A stretch of 49,063 nucleotides of DNA, the filler included, from Dirinaria sp. TL-2023a (lineage: Eukaryota), in assembly GCA_051941275.1 (NCBI GenBank). It is 2 parts of 2 records of this genome, joined end to end, with 100 filler letters (N's around TTAATTAATTAA, not from the genome) between each part and the next. Parts side by side here need not be neighbours in the genome. Positions count along the whole stretch, not along the records: positions 24,601 to 49,063 come from JAVEBF010000186.1; 1 more part is not named here. The stretch is one strand, 5' to 3'. Position 1 is the first letter of the stretch. The number at the start of each line of letters is the position of its first letter. Position numbers and translations under genes: made by a program. Under the pieces are notes generated by a model. It was given only the letters and a program-made list of their open reading frames with translations, did no database searches and was not told the origin of the DNA. Positions 24,601 to 37,407 of this stretch are shown piece by piece.

Positions 24601-25215
24601 CCTTCATCCCCCACCTCCCCAGTCCCCTTCCTGCACATGCTCGAGCGACTCAAGACCACCAAACGCGAAGGCTGGCGACGTTTCGGCATCACCGCCGGCG
24701 AATCGATCTCGGATCACATGTACCGAATGTCGATAATGACGATGCTCGCGCCCGCCACTCTCGCTTCTCGCATCAATATCCCGCACTGCACGAAAATGGC
24801 GCTGATCCATGACATGGCGGAGTCGCTGGTGGGGGACATCACGCCCAAGGACGGCGTGGTGAAGGAGGAGAAACACCGCCGAGAAGGCGAGACGATGGCG
24901 TTTTTGACGGAGAGGTTGCTGGGGAAAGGAACCGGAGCTGCTGGTCAAGGGCAGGCGATGCGTGAGGTGTGGCAGGAATATGAGGAGGGGAGAACGCTGG
25001 AGGCAAAATTCGTGCATGATGTTGATAAGATGGAGCTGGTCTTACAGATGGTGGAATATGAGACGCGTGCTGGGGGGAAGATTGATCTGAGCGAGTTTAC
25101 GCGTGTGGCGACGGAGATTCAGTTGGAGGAGGTGAAAGCTTGGTGTGAGGAAGTTCTGAGGGAGAGGGAAGAGTTTTGGAAAATCGTGCGGGAAAAGGAG
25201 AAGAATGGGACATGA
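24601..25215 (+). CDS. HD-domain 5'-deoxynucleotidase (HDDC2/YGK1-like), 5' end lost in the gap
   Basis: SPVPFLHMLERLKTTKREGW, ESISDHMYRM, MALIHDMAESLVGDITP, FVHDVDK; frame is open back to the gap. Confidence 0.9.
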   Translation, partial: PSSPTSPVPFLHMLERLKTTKREGWRRFGITAGESISDHMYRMSIMTMLAPATLASRINIPHCTKMALIHDMAESLVGDITPKDGVVKEEKHRREGETMAFLTERLLGKGTGAAGQGQAMREVWQEYEEGRTLEAKFVHDVDKMELVLQMVEYETRAGGKIDLSEFTRVATEIQLEEVKAWCEEVLREREEFWKIVREKEKNGT

Positions 25216-25372
25216 TTGGTGGAGTTTTCAACTCATCCAATTTCTATTGCTGGTAGTGGGGGACTAGACTATTGATACCCAGCTGAATGCTTTCCTCGAA
25301 CAATTCCCGCACCCAATGCGTCATTCAATGCGAGTTCCATCATGTATGCAGTCTGCCCCTTCGTCCCTCGAA

Positions 25373-26159
25373 TTACAAGATCAGAACAACCATCGCCGCG
25401 ACCACCATTGCCTCACCCCAGCCCCGAGTACTCGTACCACACTCCCTCCTTGCTCCCACGCCAGGAACGCTGGACGCTGTGACATGAGATGTAACTATAA
25501 CGAGATCCATGATAGTCACAGTCCTCTGTGCAGGAGCAACTTCATCTTCTCTTGCGCTCGCGGCTGCGGACGTCGTTGCCACTGAGGATGCTAAAGACGC
25601 GACAGTAGACGAGGACTTCACTAACGATCCAGAAAAGGATGTAGGGCCCGCCGCACCTGCGATTTGGAATTGAGGGGAGTAATTGATGGTACCGGACTGG
25701 GTGATGGACAGAGCATAGAGGCCTGCTGCAAGGCTTGTGGAAGGTGTCCAGGAGTAGGGGGATTCGGTGGTGTCTGAAGATGGAAATGAACGTCAGTCAT
25801 TGAAATTTGAGCAACAGTAGAGCGATTGCAGGTCATTTGGTACGAGAAGAGTGGTTGGGTAATGTGACGTACTGGCGGCAATGGTAAAGATTGGCTGGAG
25901 GGCGTTGGATGGCCCATTCAAAAGCTGTATGGTCACTGGCTAGATTCGATGTCAGCAAGGTGAGTTCCTATGAAGAGAATGATCGGCTAAGCATCTGAGA
26001 GAGAATCTCGCGTACAGTTCCATCACCGGACCAGCTGATCGAGAACGGAGAACCGGCTGTGATGCCGGTGAATTCGGAATTCGTGAAGGCAGCAGATTCA
26101 ACGCAGACTAGAAGAAACAAAAGCACTGTAGCCCGTTGGAGGAGGGAGAAACGAGCCAT
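25373..26159 (-). CDS. Ser/Thr-rich GPI-anchored cell-surface protein (Kre9/Knh1-like N-terminal domain)
   Basis: Signal peptide, ITAGSPFSISWSG, PVTIQLLNGPSNAL, YSWTPSTSL, INYSPQFQI, S/T-rich stalk, hydrophobic C-terminus; two introns. Confidence 0.8.
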
Positions 26160-26482
26160 GGCAAACACGTTACGGGATCTTGTCTAATCCTGGATTTTGG
26201 GCAAGGAGATGGGATGCAGAGAAAGGATAGTGATGTCTGGTAATGATGGACAATGATCTTGGAGAAGAATTGGCGACAAGAGATACTGAAAAGTTATGAA
26301 GAGAGAGAGACTCTGCCGTCCGAGGAAGGCGCATTCTTCAGCATGTTGGCACAGCAAGATATTGGAAACCACGCCTGCAACCAGTTCTCACCATACATCT
26401 AGTAATGCTATAATGATCTGTATTGTTTGCACTCGGTTGCAAAGGTACTGACACTCGAATCCTAATGTAAGCTGATCAGCCG

Positions 26483-29114
26483 TCAAGCTGATAAGCCTTT
26501 CTTCTCTGACTCGGAGAAGAATATAATCTACTGATTGTCAGCATTAGTTATCAAGACAGAGAGCTGACGTACCATCCGCCACAGCTTCTTCACTAATACC
26601 TCAGCTTCCTCGTCCAGGGCCTAAAGCACAGGCGATTAGTAAGTATACAAACGCAGGACGAAAAGTCTTACCCCTTCAAGCTGCTCCACTAGTCCGTCTG
26701 GGGAGCCACGCTTCCTAATATGATCTTCGACAACCTCCACTAGCATCTGCTCTTGGACGCCTAGATATTCCATGATCTTCTTCTCAACGAAAGGTCTGAG
26801 CTGATCTCCAAGGACGGCCTCGTCAACAAAGTCCCACTTGACAGGCCACTTCCACAGCCCTTCTTTATCCGAAGGAATGTCGGCGGCCAATTGTCGCGCG
26901 GCTTGCGCCCTCTCCTCGTCTGTCAATCCCATTGCTTCGGCTGCACTGTCGAATTTGATCGGTATGAGGGTTCTCTTTGCCACCGTGTCGGCTTCCTCCT
27001 CATCCTCTAGAAGACCTTCGACATCAGCAACGGTTCTCTTATTGCTTGCGGCAGCTTGTGCTTTCTGAGCTGCTGCACCAAGCGATAGCTTGAAGCGCTG
27101 GGGCTCCCTTGGCCCTAGATCCCGAGTATCAAGCTCCATTGCTTGACGATTGAGGAAGTCATCAGCCATGCCTTTAGCTTGTTCGCGTTGCTGCATCTCC
27201 CGTGCCTTTTCTCGATCTTCAGTCGTTCGGTCCAGGTCATCGAGATTGGCCTCCCTCGTACGGAAAGCAGCTCGATTCCGGATCCATAAACTCCGATCGA
27301 GGTAGTATTCTTCGACTCGTCGGCTGGCCTCAACATAGTCATTCCACTCCCTCAATCGCTTCGAAACGGCCTCTTTCTCAGCGTCGCGGTGGCTCTGTTC
27401 ATCTTTATCCCGCGCTTTTTCCCGCTCCACAGCAGCTGTTCGACTACGCTCACGATTGAGCCATCTTCGCTTCTGATCCTGGTACATCTTCTCAAGTTCA
27501 GCATCCTTTTTCTCCCTTCTCCTTCGCTCGAGCTCCTCATCGCTAGCATCACTGTCCTCTGCTTCTCGATCGATGAGTCCTGCGGTGCTAGCTCCGTTGA
27601 TGCCGCTCCCATTCACAAACGCAACACCTTTTTGGTAATCTGATGGGAGCTGTGAGCCTTGGTAGCCCTTTGGTCCTGCCGGAGCATGTGGTACACCTCT
27701 ATCCCTTGGTCCAATTGGGATGCCATTCGCCCCACCTGCAGGACCACTGGGTGCTGTGGGCGGTGGTGATGCGAGTCTACTTGGTCGTGGCTGAGCCATA
27801 TTCCGCCTCCTCTCCTGTGCCTCGAGCTCTTCTTCTCGTCTCAGGCGCTCCATGTCGCGTCGCGTGCTACGATCTCGGAATGCTGCGATTTCCTTAGCAA
27901 CCGTCTCACGCATTTCGGCAGGTATCTCAGAGAGCTCGTCGTCGACCGTGAGCGGGATTGTGACGACCTCTTCTCCAATTTTATCTTCTCCATTCTGCAT
28001 TGAGGCGTCGCCGTCAAAGTCTACAGTAGACATGGCATTCTGCTCAATTGGAGCCGAAGGGTTCTCTAGTTCAGCGAGGACTCGGGCTAGCGAGCTTTTA
28101 GCAGCATCCTGGCGAAGCTGGGCCTGTATTGGGTCTTGATCTCCCTTTGATGCTTGGTATTGTTCAAGGTAGCTGAGTGAGGCATCATCAACCATTACCT
28201 TTGCCATGACATTAGCTTCAAATAAATGAAAGTCCCACAACTCGCACTCACCAGCAATTTGCTTTTCTCGATCTTGGTGTCCTCCTCATCCTCTTCCTTC
28301 TTCACGCCATTTGTAGACTGCTGTTTGACGGGGACCTCCACATCTCTCAGCACATCTATGGCTGTAGCAAGGCTTTCGGGATCTTCGTACTCTGCAAATC
28401 CAAACCGGCAAGCTTTGTTGTCCGCATCCATAGCCCTCGTCCAGCGCCGGAGATTCCCTGCAGATTGTAGAATTCGCTCAATGCCGTCATCTCCACCCGC
28501 GCCTTCAGTAATACCGCCAACAAATATTGTTCGGAGGACCTCGTCTTTCGTTGGTGGTACTAATGACACGATGTTGTCACGGATTGCCTGACGCTGTGCA
28601 TCCATGCCTGGGGCGGCCCCCAAACCAGGACGTGTTGATCGTTGTTCCACATTGCTCTCGCGCCGGCTGGGATCCCCTCCAACCGGTATTGTGGGCTTTG
28701 CGGGTCCAGTTGTGCCTAGACGTATAACGGGGGCATTGAAATTGATGTTTGGCATATTGGCAGGCGGTTGAAAATTTGGAGGGAACCCGCCAGGCCGACC
28801 TGGTTGCTGAGAATTGGCCTGCATACCCGGCGGAGGCGATACGCCTGGAGCTGACATTCCTGGAGGTGCTATGCGATATCAGTATCAAGGCTGAAGCCAG
28901 CTTGTGAAGCCAGACATACCCCCAGAACCGCCCATACCAGGTGGCGCATTCTGCCCAGGGAAATTACCGAAGCCTGGAGGTCGGCCATACGGAGTACCAC
29001 CTTGAGTTTCTTCGTTAGCCTGGAGCTCTCACTCGTTTTGAGGATTGAGGTTTAGATGCAGCATGCGACGGGCGCAAGCTTGCGGTAAAGATTCGTACCC
29101 TGATAGTTGTACAT
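26483..29114 (-). CDS. SNU71: U1 snRNP-associated factor, Snu71/Usp107/RBM25-like (RRM, charged region, PWI)
   Basis: RTIFVGGI..CRFGFAEY (RRM), R/E-rich region, LRPFVEKKIMEYLG..ALDEEAEVLVKKLWRM/IIFFSE (PWI); start codon approximate. Confidence 0.85.
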
Positions 29115-30729
29115 TGCGGCACATGCGTGTCGGCACTTGGAGGAAGAGGTGGTCAGACGGCACTGTGGCCTCAAGCTGGATATACAATGAGTAACTATAG
29201 CTAGAAATATGTTAAATCTACTCTGATCAAATTGTCGGCAGGAAGTCTTGGCGGACGCCAAGGGCGCCATGGCACTAGAGCCAAATGAGAAATATTAGAT
29301 CGTAAGGTAAAGTAACTTCACCACTCTCGCGATATGTGGCTTCAACGAACGAATTCAATATATAGAAAGCCATGAAAGACCTCTTCTAGCCTTTGCTATG
29401 AAGGGACTGTCATACTGCCACAACCATCCTTCTGAGAGGGAATTGGATTGAGCGTCACAGCACAGGGGTGAACTTAGGTTGAGCTGTGCCTGTTCATTGA
29501 AAACTCGTTACCTAGTCTGTACTGTTACTGAATACTATCATATCCTGTAAGCATTCTTGTTAGACCATTTATTGTACATCAGCTCTCTTTGAACAGCTAA
29601 AGAGACTTGCATTCATTCCAGTAAGAAAGTGTTGGACTAGAGTCTTGTAAGCGACTGCAGCGTTGACTTGCCTTAGCGATCTTGTCTCTTTCTCCATTTC
29701 CTCTAAACTTCTAGCACGCGAAAATATAATCTCGAAGACCTCATCAACGGGTTTGATCTTCCTGATTTCGAACACGCACTGATTATTTAGGATTTCTTGC
29801 TGCCGCTTCCAAACAATCCATTTGGTTCCATGAATTCTGGACGCCTCTTTCAAGCATAAGGCTTATAAGGAATTCGGGGGGTTTCTGTTGCTTGGTGGTG
29901 CATATACAGGCAGTGCGTCAAATATGGTCACATCTGACGTTGGACTAATGATGGCTAAAACCTCGCTGTCGCCAGGTTAGAAAAGATTTGGCGGTATACA
30001 TGCTCGTTGAGCCGTGTTCCTCTAGTGCTACATGAAGGCAATCGGCTCATACACGACACATTAAGATTCGCCCTACCATAAATCCAATCAATACGATAAA
30101 AAGGTTGGAGAGAAAGAAAAGGAAAAACTTTGAGGGGTAAATTTCATCTAATCTTGCATCTCGCACGGAATGTCAAGGCCCACAGTACGCAAGATGAACC
30201 AAACTCAACCAAACGAAACCTCATAAGGGTGCATAATTTACCTGGCCCATACTAGTCTTAACCTAGGAACTTCAGACCCTAAATTAGCCGTAGAATAATG
30301 TAACTAGCGATAGTGGGAAATTCCGCCTTCCCTTGTTTCGTTTAGAACACCGATTGGGCCATCTGCCGACGGACCACGGAGCACGGCCGCCGGTAGGCGA
30401 ACTCGGCGATTTCGAGGATGGGAAACATAGCAAGGCTTCCATGCAGCACAATTAAAAAAATGGAGCTTTTTTGGTTTAAGCAGGAGCAAAATGTTAGCGT
30501 GAGGGCCACGTGAAAAAGCAAGCATTTGCCAATCTCTCTCCTTGGACGACAAAAGATTAAATTTCGTCGATCTCCCAAATTTTGCACCCGAGATTAGAGA
30601 AATACCTGGAAAAGCCAGTTGAAGCCCCGAAAATTGGTACTTTTCCTGCTTTGCTTGCAAAAGTCGAGCGGAGAGCATAAAGCTAGCAATCCTTCCAATT
30701 TCTAGGGAAAAAGGGACCAACAGATCAGG

Positions 30730-31713
30730 ATGAACGGCCATCACACCAATGGCCACACCGACACCTGCGCAACGCCCGCCCACGACAGTCAGTCTCTAAG
30801 AGGAAAGATAGCCTTGATCACCGGCGGCTCCAAGGGCATCGGCAAAGGCGTCGCCATCGCTCTCGCCCGCGCCGGCGCACAAGTGGTTTTCACGTACCTG
30901 TCGGACAGCAGCGCCGCCGAGGCTCTCGCAAGTCACATCGGAAGAGACAAGGCCGTCGCTATACAGTCGGATGCTAGTAGGATGGAGGAGATTGAGGAGT
31001 TGATCAAAGAAATTGCTCGGAGATTCGGGTGTATTGATATATTGATTGCTAATGCTGCTGTTTCGCCGTCCAAGGTCAGCGTTTTTGTTTGTGTCCCCCC
31101 TTGAAAAGTCTGAGATTTTGACGATTTTCTGGGGGGGCTCCACTCATGACTCTTTCGAATGCTGAGACTGCTTGTTTGCAGGACCTAGAAGCTACGACGG
31201 AGACCGATTTCGATCGGGCGTTTGCGCTGAATGTGAAGGGGCCGTTTTTCCTGGTTAAGGTATGGCTATTTCTCTTTCTGTCATCACCTCGTGATCGGAT
31301 GCATGCGCGAACTTCTTCGGCTGAGAAACGAGATTCAGAAAGCTGCGCCGTTGATGCCGCCTCGATCTCGCGTGATACTCGTATCTTCATCCATGAACGC
31401 CACCTCGCAGGTATGGCCAGACAAGTTGGTGTACTGCTCCACCAAAGGAGCCATCGAGCAAATGGCGCGTCTGCTCGCTAAAGACCTGGGCCGGCGGGAG
31501 ATTGCAGTGAATTGTATCGCACCTGGCGCTACGGCCACGGAGCTGTTCTATGAAGGGAAGCCGGAACACATCGTCAAGGCCATCGCTGGATTCAGCCCGT
31601 ATAATCGGATCGGAACGGTAGAAGATACTGCTTCCGTATTCCTTTATCTCAGTGGAAGTGGTAGCCAGTGGTTGAGTGGTCAGACGATACGAATAAACGG
31701 TGGAGCGGCGTAA
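30730..31713 (+). CDS. Short-chain dehydrogenase/reductase, 265 aa
   Basis: TGGSKGIG, ILIANAA, YCSTK, VNCIAPG; introns 31075-31181 and 31260-31338 keep the frame. Confidence 0.92.
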
Positions 31714-33987
31714 GAAGAGACTGTGCTGGTAATGAAAAGGCCGAGGCTCCGGGGACGGTTGATAGCCACCAAGGATGCCCATGACTACATGGTACCTTAA
31801 TTACTTTACATACCTTAGATAAGCAACTGTTACCGCTGGCAGGTCACATACTTCTGTGTCTTTGCGCCCGGCGGTAGAACTGGTTTTTGCGCGGGCTTGC
31901 CAGCGGAGGCGAACAGAGAAGGCAACTAGAAGTGTATCGAGTGTGTTGTCCTTTCATCGACGGTAGCAGATAGAAAGCCTTACATTCTGAGGCATGTATC
32001 GCCTTGATAAGAGTATGTACGAGTTGCGGCCACAATGCGATCATAATCAGATATCATTTGTGTCATTCTACCGATAATTATCTGCGATATTAGATCGATT
32101 CGAAACCCAACCGAGTAGGAAGTCGTCGCCGCTCAGAAGAGCCATGTCACCGCCTCGTTGCGTTGTATTACTCGCTTTTGATATAAAATTCAAAGATACT
32201 GCCGACATGCGGATTGCGATGCGTTGTGCAAAGTCATGGAAATCGTCTCGATAGAAAATCAAAAGCTAGAATGAATGTACTGTTTTGAGCATCTGCTTCC
32301 AGACGAAATCGACTGGAGATGTACAGTAGTACCGATCATGAGTATGCTCTTTTTCTTTTGCCTATAATGCAGGATATAGCGTATATGATATCAGTGCTAA
32401 GTATCTCAGGTGAAAAAAGATGAAGGAGGAAAAGCGCATACAATTTTGATGGGCTCGGTAAGCTAAGGTAGGGCACTGGCATGCCCTTTTCGGGATAGCG
32501 TCCAAATTTGGTGCGGGCAGGGATGTTTCTATCAAAAAATGCTTGGCGTTGTGGGGGCTTCCAATCCTGGCGTTTTGCTTTCTTTTGCTTTCTTTTTCTT
32601 TTCTTTTTCTTCCCATAGCACCGGGTAGCAATACAAAACACCATCATTGCCTACTAGACTTTCCACGGCACGGATAGGGATTAGCTACCACCATTGTACG
32701 GCGAAAGGGCCTCGGGCTTGCGGGAGCTACGAAAGGAGATACCGTGGTCCTAGCGAGGACGCTACCACGTGTGAGGACGAAACAAAATCACAAGCCCAGA
32801 GCCAGAAGCCACTCGGACGGTAGGCACCGACCCGGATGGTCATCGCGGGAGAGTGGTGGTATATCAAGTATTAGGGTTTTCAAATTTCGGATTTTGTGAA
32901 TTAATTAGTGTGACAGGTCACATTTCCAACCCGGACTCAACGTTTTTGCCAATTCGCATTTTTATACCTGTCCTGGGACACGCCAAACCGAATCCTGGCC
33001 AGCGACTGGTCAATTGCTGCAATCACCCACGCGAGCCATGCTGAAAACCCTGACACTCTTTGGCTCCTACCAGGAAATGGGTGAGTGTTGAGATGAGATC
33101 GATGGCAGAACGAGCGCTGTGCCTGGACCGATGTCACCGATCTTCGTTCGCATTAATATCTTTTCAAAATCCGATGGGTCCGCACACCAATCAAAGCATG
33201 CGATTGTTGGCCAGTGTACCGAGGACCGCGTCATACCTCAGGTCAGTCCTGGCTAGCGCTATGTACGGCAAGAAGGTGTGACTGCCTACTGTACCTTACC
33301 TTTTGTAGGAGCAGTTGCGCGTGGGTGAGCACAGATGCAACCCAGGGAAGGTACTAAGTACCTACTAGGTACCTCGCCAGTTGGCATCAGTTGGCATCAG
33401 TTGGCGTCTCCGGGTAATACTGGCGACTCCCAGTCAACCACACTAGTGAGCTTGACTGCGGCTAGCCGGGATTCATGGCGTGGTTCTCTGTGAGGCGCCG
33501 AAGAAATTCTCCCATTGGGTAAGCGGGCGTTGCTCCAGGTTCGCAGCTAGGCCAGATGGATTCTAGCCCCTGGCCCTTCGACAGCTGATTGAGCTGAAAG
33601 GCACGAATCCCGTCCAAGGTACGGTCACTGTGTTCGATTCGCAACCAGAACCTTCTGGGATCGTCACATGTCCTCGCAGGAACCTGTTCTGCAATAAATC
33701 TCCTAGCAATGGTCAATGTAACCCTCATGTTGGAAGATACGCAAGGATCAGAATCGCAATTTGGCCTGTCCATCGCGATGAAGCCTCACGGTGGGCATCA
33801 TCCCCGCCGTGTGCTGTCTCTCACCCTGCCCCTCGTACGACATTGCATAAACTGCGACTGATCACGCCCCTTCTCTCCATTTTACCCGGTTTCCACCATC
33901 GGAATCATACAGATAAACTTTCCTCGTGTTTTCGTCTACGACCCGGATCGGATCAAGAAGAGCTTCAAACCTCGGTTGTACCGGCTG

Positions 33988-35082
33988 ATGGACCCTTCGC
34001 CAAAGGAGCCCACCAAGTTTAGAGCTTCCTGCGACGGATGCTACTTTGCCAAAGTGAAATGTACCAAGGAGAGGCCGACGTGTTCTCGCTGCGAGACTCT
34101 GGGCCTGGAGTGTGGATACAGTCCATCCCAAAGAAGGGGCAAGACACGTCGAACCAAGGCCCACCGACCATCAAGCTCGCAGGATCTGGAATGGCCGCCA
34201 GCAATATCAGCCCGGCCCAGTCCAATGCTCCCACCAGACACTCCAATTCAACCGCAATTCGAAAGCACGGCTCGTCCACTTGACAATGGTTTCCGCACTT
34301 CCCATTCAGACACGACCTTGGCCACTTGGCCCAACTCAGGATCGATGATGCACGAGTTGGACCTGAACCTTCTCGCGCCTTGGCATGACTACTTGCCCAT
34401 CTCCGAGAAAGACCACCACTCTTTGTCTCAGATCTCGGACGACTTGCTCGACCTGGCCACGACCACAGCCACACCCACTTCCCCGTCTTCCCGGGACCAG
34501 GAACTGATCACAACACCGGGAACAGGAGGACCTGCGCACTGCCAAGGCTACAGCTCGTGCAACTGTTTCACCTCGCTCATGCAAGCCCTGCACGTGATGC
34601 AAAGCCAAACCCAGCGCCAATGCGGCGCCCCCACCCTCGAAACGATGCTCGTCCGCAGCAAAGACATCACCGGCCGGGGCGAGGATCTGCTGCGCTGCAG
34701 CTGCACCGAGGAGGACAGCACGCTGGCTATGCTGTTCGCGGCCTTGGTCGCGAAGTACCTCTCCTTCTACAGCTCCAACAACATCGACCTTGTGTCCTCG
34801 CCGTCATCCCTCACGGGCACGTCGTTCGGCACCTCGCGTCTGACGCTGGGCAAGCATACCATCGACACGGAGGACGAGGAGCGATTGCGCATGGAGATCA
34901 TGAGCATGGAATTGCAGAAGCTGAATACGCTGCTGATAAAGTTTCGGGGAAAGTTCTCGTCGTTGCCGGTGGGGTATGAAGCGCATCTGCACGAGAGCGT
35001 GCTGAACTCGTTGACTTCGCGATTGCGAGAGGCCATGGAGAAGTTGCGGGAACAGAAACAGAGGCTCAAAGGAGAGACTTGA
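33988..35082 (+). CDS. Zn(II)2Cys6 transcription factor, AflR-like
   Basis: [36 protein letters not shown]; short intronless gene with CNC..L..L and LLRCSC in the C-terminal half. Confidence 0.88.
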   Translation: MDPSPKEPTKFRASCDGCYFAKVKCTKERPTCSRCETLGLECGYSPSQRRGKTRRTKAHRPSSSQDLEWPPAISARPSPMLPPDTPIQPQFESTARPLDNGFRTSHSDTTLATWPNSGSMMHELDLNLLAPWHDYLPISEKDHHSLSQISDDLLDLATTTATPTSPSSRDQELITTPGTGGPAHCQGYSSCNCFTSLMQALHVMQSQTQRQCGAPTLETMLVRSKDITGRGEDLLRCSCTEEDSTLAMLFAALVAKYLSFYSSNNIDLVSSPSSLTGTSFGTSRLTLGKHTIDTEDEERLRMEIMSMELQKLNTLLIKFRGKFSSLPVGYEAHLHESVLNSLTSRLREAMEKLREQKQRLKGET

Positions 35083-35678
35083 TGAGATATGGCAGTAGGA
35101 TAACGAAACTTTTTTAAAGACGTTTTTAGAATAGACGCCGGGTTTTTCTGAACCCTGATATAATATAAATCTCCTTCTTCACCTCTTTGGATCATACTGT
35201 AGTTTCTCCAAAACCGAAAAGAAATCAGAAAAGTATGTTGCGAGAAGTGCAGTGTAGCGAGATTACCCAGGCACACCTAAGCCCAATTAGGGCAAAGACC
35301 TTCGCACCTATAACTACCTTAGACCTCGTGATTAAGATACAGGTAAGTAGAGTGCAAGCCACGTCAATAGGTAGGTCACTATACCTTAGAGAACCACACC
35401 ATAAGTCCTGGCTACCTAGGTAGTGCCAGGTACGCCAAGACTGTGTTGCTTAAATGAGTACAGTTGCCTTTTAGTAAGCATGACTGCCTCCTAGGTGGCA
35501 AGTTGGCATGTCGGGGCGATGATCTCGGGTGGTCTCCTGGGGCGATTTCCAGTTGATCACAGTAGCTAGGACTTATGATGTGGTCCTCCTTACCTTACCT
35601 GATTTCCCAAAAAAAAAATTCGGGGGTTTTTGGAATTTAGGATTCGTGAATGATGTGATATGAATGCTAGAAAAAAGA

Positions 35679-35683
<5 letters not shown>

Positions 35684-35719
<36 letters not shown>
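35684..35719 (+). repeat. Poly(A) tract of about 36 nt
   Basis: Uninterrupted A run. Confidence 0.9.
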
Positions 35720-35724
<5 letters not shown>

Positions 35725-35876
35725 AAAGACCTGCAGAAAATGTATGTAGGGAGATGGTTCTTCTTTCCATAGATTGGGGTGGAGTAGCAGAGGGGGCGGA
35801 ACTGGAGTACCTCCTAAATCCCAGAATTTTTCCTCCCTATAACTATAAGTGACTAACTCTTCTTCTGTTCTTCAAC

Positions 35877-35900
35877 CGAAACGAAAACGAAAACGAAAAC
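35877..35900 (+). repeat. (GAAAAC)4 microsatellite
   Basis: gaaaacgaaaacgaaaacgaaaac. Confidence 0.85.
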
Positions 35901-36915
35901 AAGAGATTGCGGTAGCCAGCACCCCCTCCCATCTGCCCTGAAAAAAACGAAAAAGAAAGAAGGGGGAAAAAAAAGAGACGTGGAGTAACCAACCCATCGC
36001 GAGCTTTATACTGGCTCATCTACCTTATCTAGTGTATCTATCACGACGCCGAGAAAGCCTCGCCTAAACAATAATTAAAGAGAGGAAAAACAAGGGAAAA
36101 AATCGGGTTGGAAAGCACAGCCATCTGAGAATTGGGGCGGTTTGGTTTGAAGGCGTAAGAGGGGAAACATTAGCTCGATTCGAAGAACAAAGTGTGTATG
36201 GGTTCGAAGTGGATTAGGAGGTTTGTGATGAGGATGAGGGAACGGTGGATGGATGAGCTTTTTTTAAGTGGCAAAGGAGGGGGAGATTCAAGGGTGGATG
36301 TTATATGATATGAACCGACATGAGAGAAAGGGGGTTGGTGTATAGAAGAAGAGGAAATAATCATGAGATCTTTGTGCTGGAATTTCTGGTTCCCTCCTAA
36401 AAACGAAACAGAAAAAAAAAAAAAGAATTTAAGCCATCACATTGCTCGAACTAAACGAAGAAGACGTGAATTTTCAACCAGGGAATGAACGCAAACGCGG
36501 GGATTCTATAGGGAGTTTTTGGATTTATTATTGGTTTAATTATGCGCTTGTGTTTATAGGGGGCGGTACGGGTCACGAGATAAAATGATATCTTTGAAAG
36601 GAGGTGAAGAGGTGAGGTTGTGTTGGTTGGATGCAGGAGTCATTTAATAAGTAAGGTATGGACGGTCTGCTTCGGCTAGACCCCAAGAGCGGCAGGGGGG
36701 GTTTTCCTTTTGTGATGGCAAGGTTGTGTCTCAGGGCTATCGTCGTCAGCTTTCTCTTTCTCTTTTTCTTTTTTCTTCCTTCTTCGTCCTTTGTCTAGCT
36801 GTGCGACGCTACGTCCAGGAAGATTCCAGATCAGGCATCATTTTTCTGCTTCTCTGCTTGATTGAGTAGACGGGAATCTCGACTCAGTAGTTTGAAAATT
36901 GGCAAGAGATTTTAA

Positions 36916-36965
36916 TGTGTGTGTGTGTGTGAGAGTGAGAGAGAGAGGGGGGGGGGGGGAGAGAA
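36916..36965 (+). repeat. Compound (TG)n(AG)n(G)n microsatellite
   Basis: tgtgtgtgtgtgtgtgagagtgagagagagaggggggggggggg. Confidence 0.88.
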
Positions 36966-37407
36966 GAATAAAAGGTGAGAAGTCAGCTTGCTTTCTTCTA
37001 CTGGAAAGTGCATTTCCTGCCTTCCGCTACGAATCGTACCTGGAGAAAAGGGTTATGCAAGGCGCCAACGGTATCTATTTGATAGATCTCTAAGGCTCTC
37101 TTTATCGAAAGATGGTTAATCAAGAGAAGAAGGACGTTGGCAGCGCAGCACTCTGTGATGATGAGCAGACTGAAGCCACAACGGGAGCTCACTTTCATGT
37201 TCGTCTTGTGCTCCCTTTCTTGAATCCAACATGTCTAATCAATTTCTGTCCATACGAAGGTAGATGGTGTGAAAAGAAATATTTCGTAAAAGACGATCTA
37301 GTTCCGTCGTGTCAAACGTTGATTGAAGACCACAGGACATATCGAGCAACACTTCTCTTTGACTTCAAATCCCCCTCTCTATGGTTCTTGTCTGCCCAGC
37401 AGATTCG

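Noticed and set aside
35573..35852. Poly-Lys and poly-Phe ORFs
   Set aside because: By-products of the poly(A) tract
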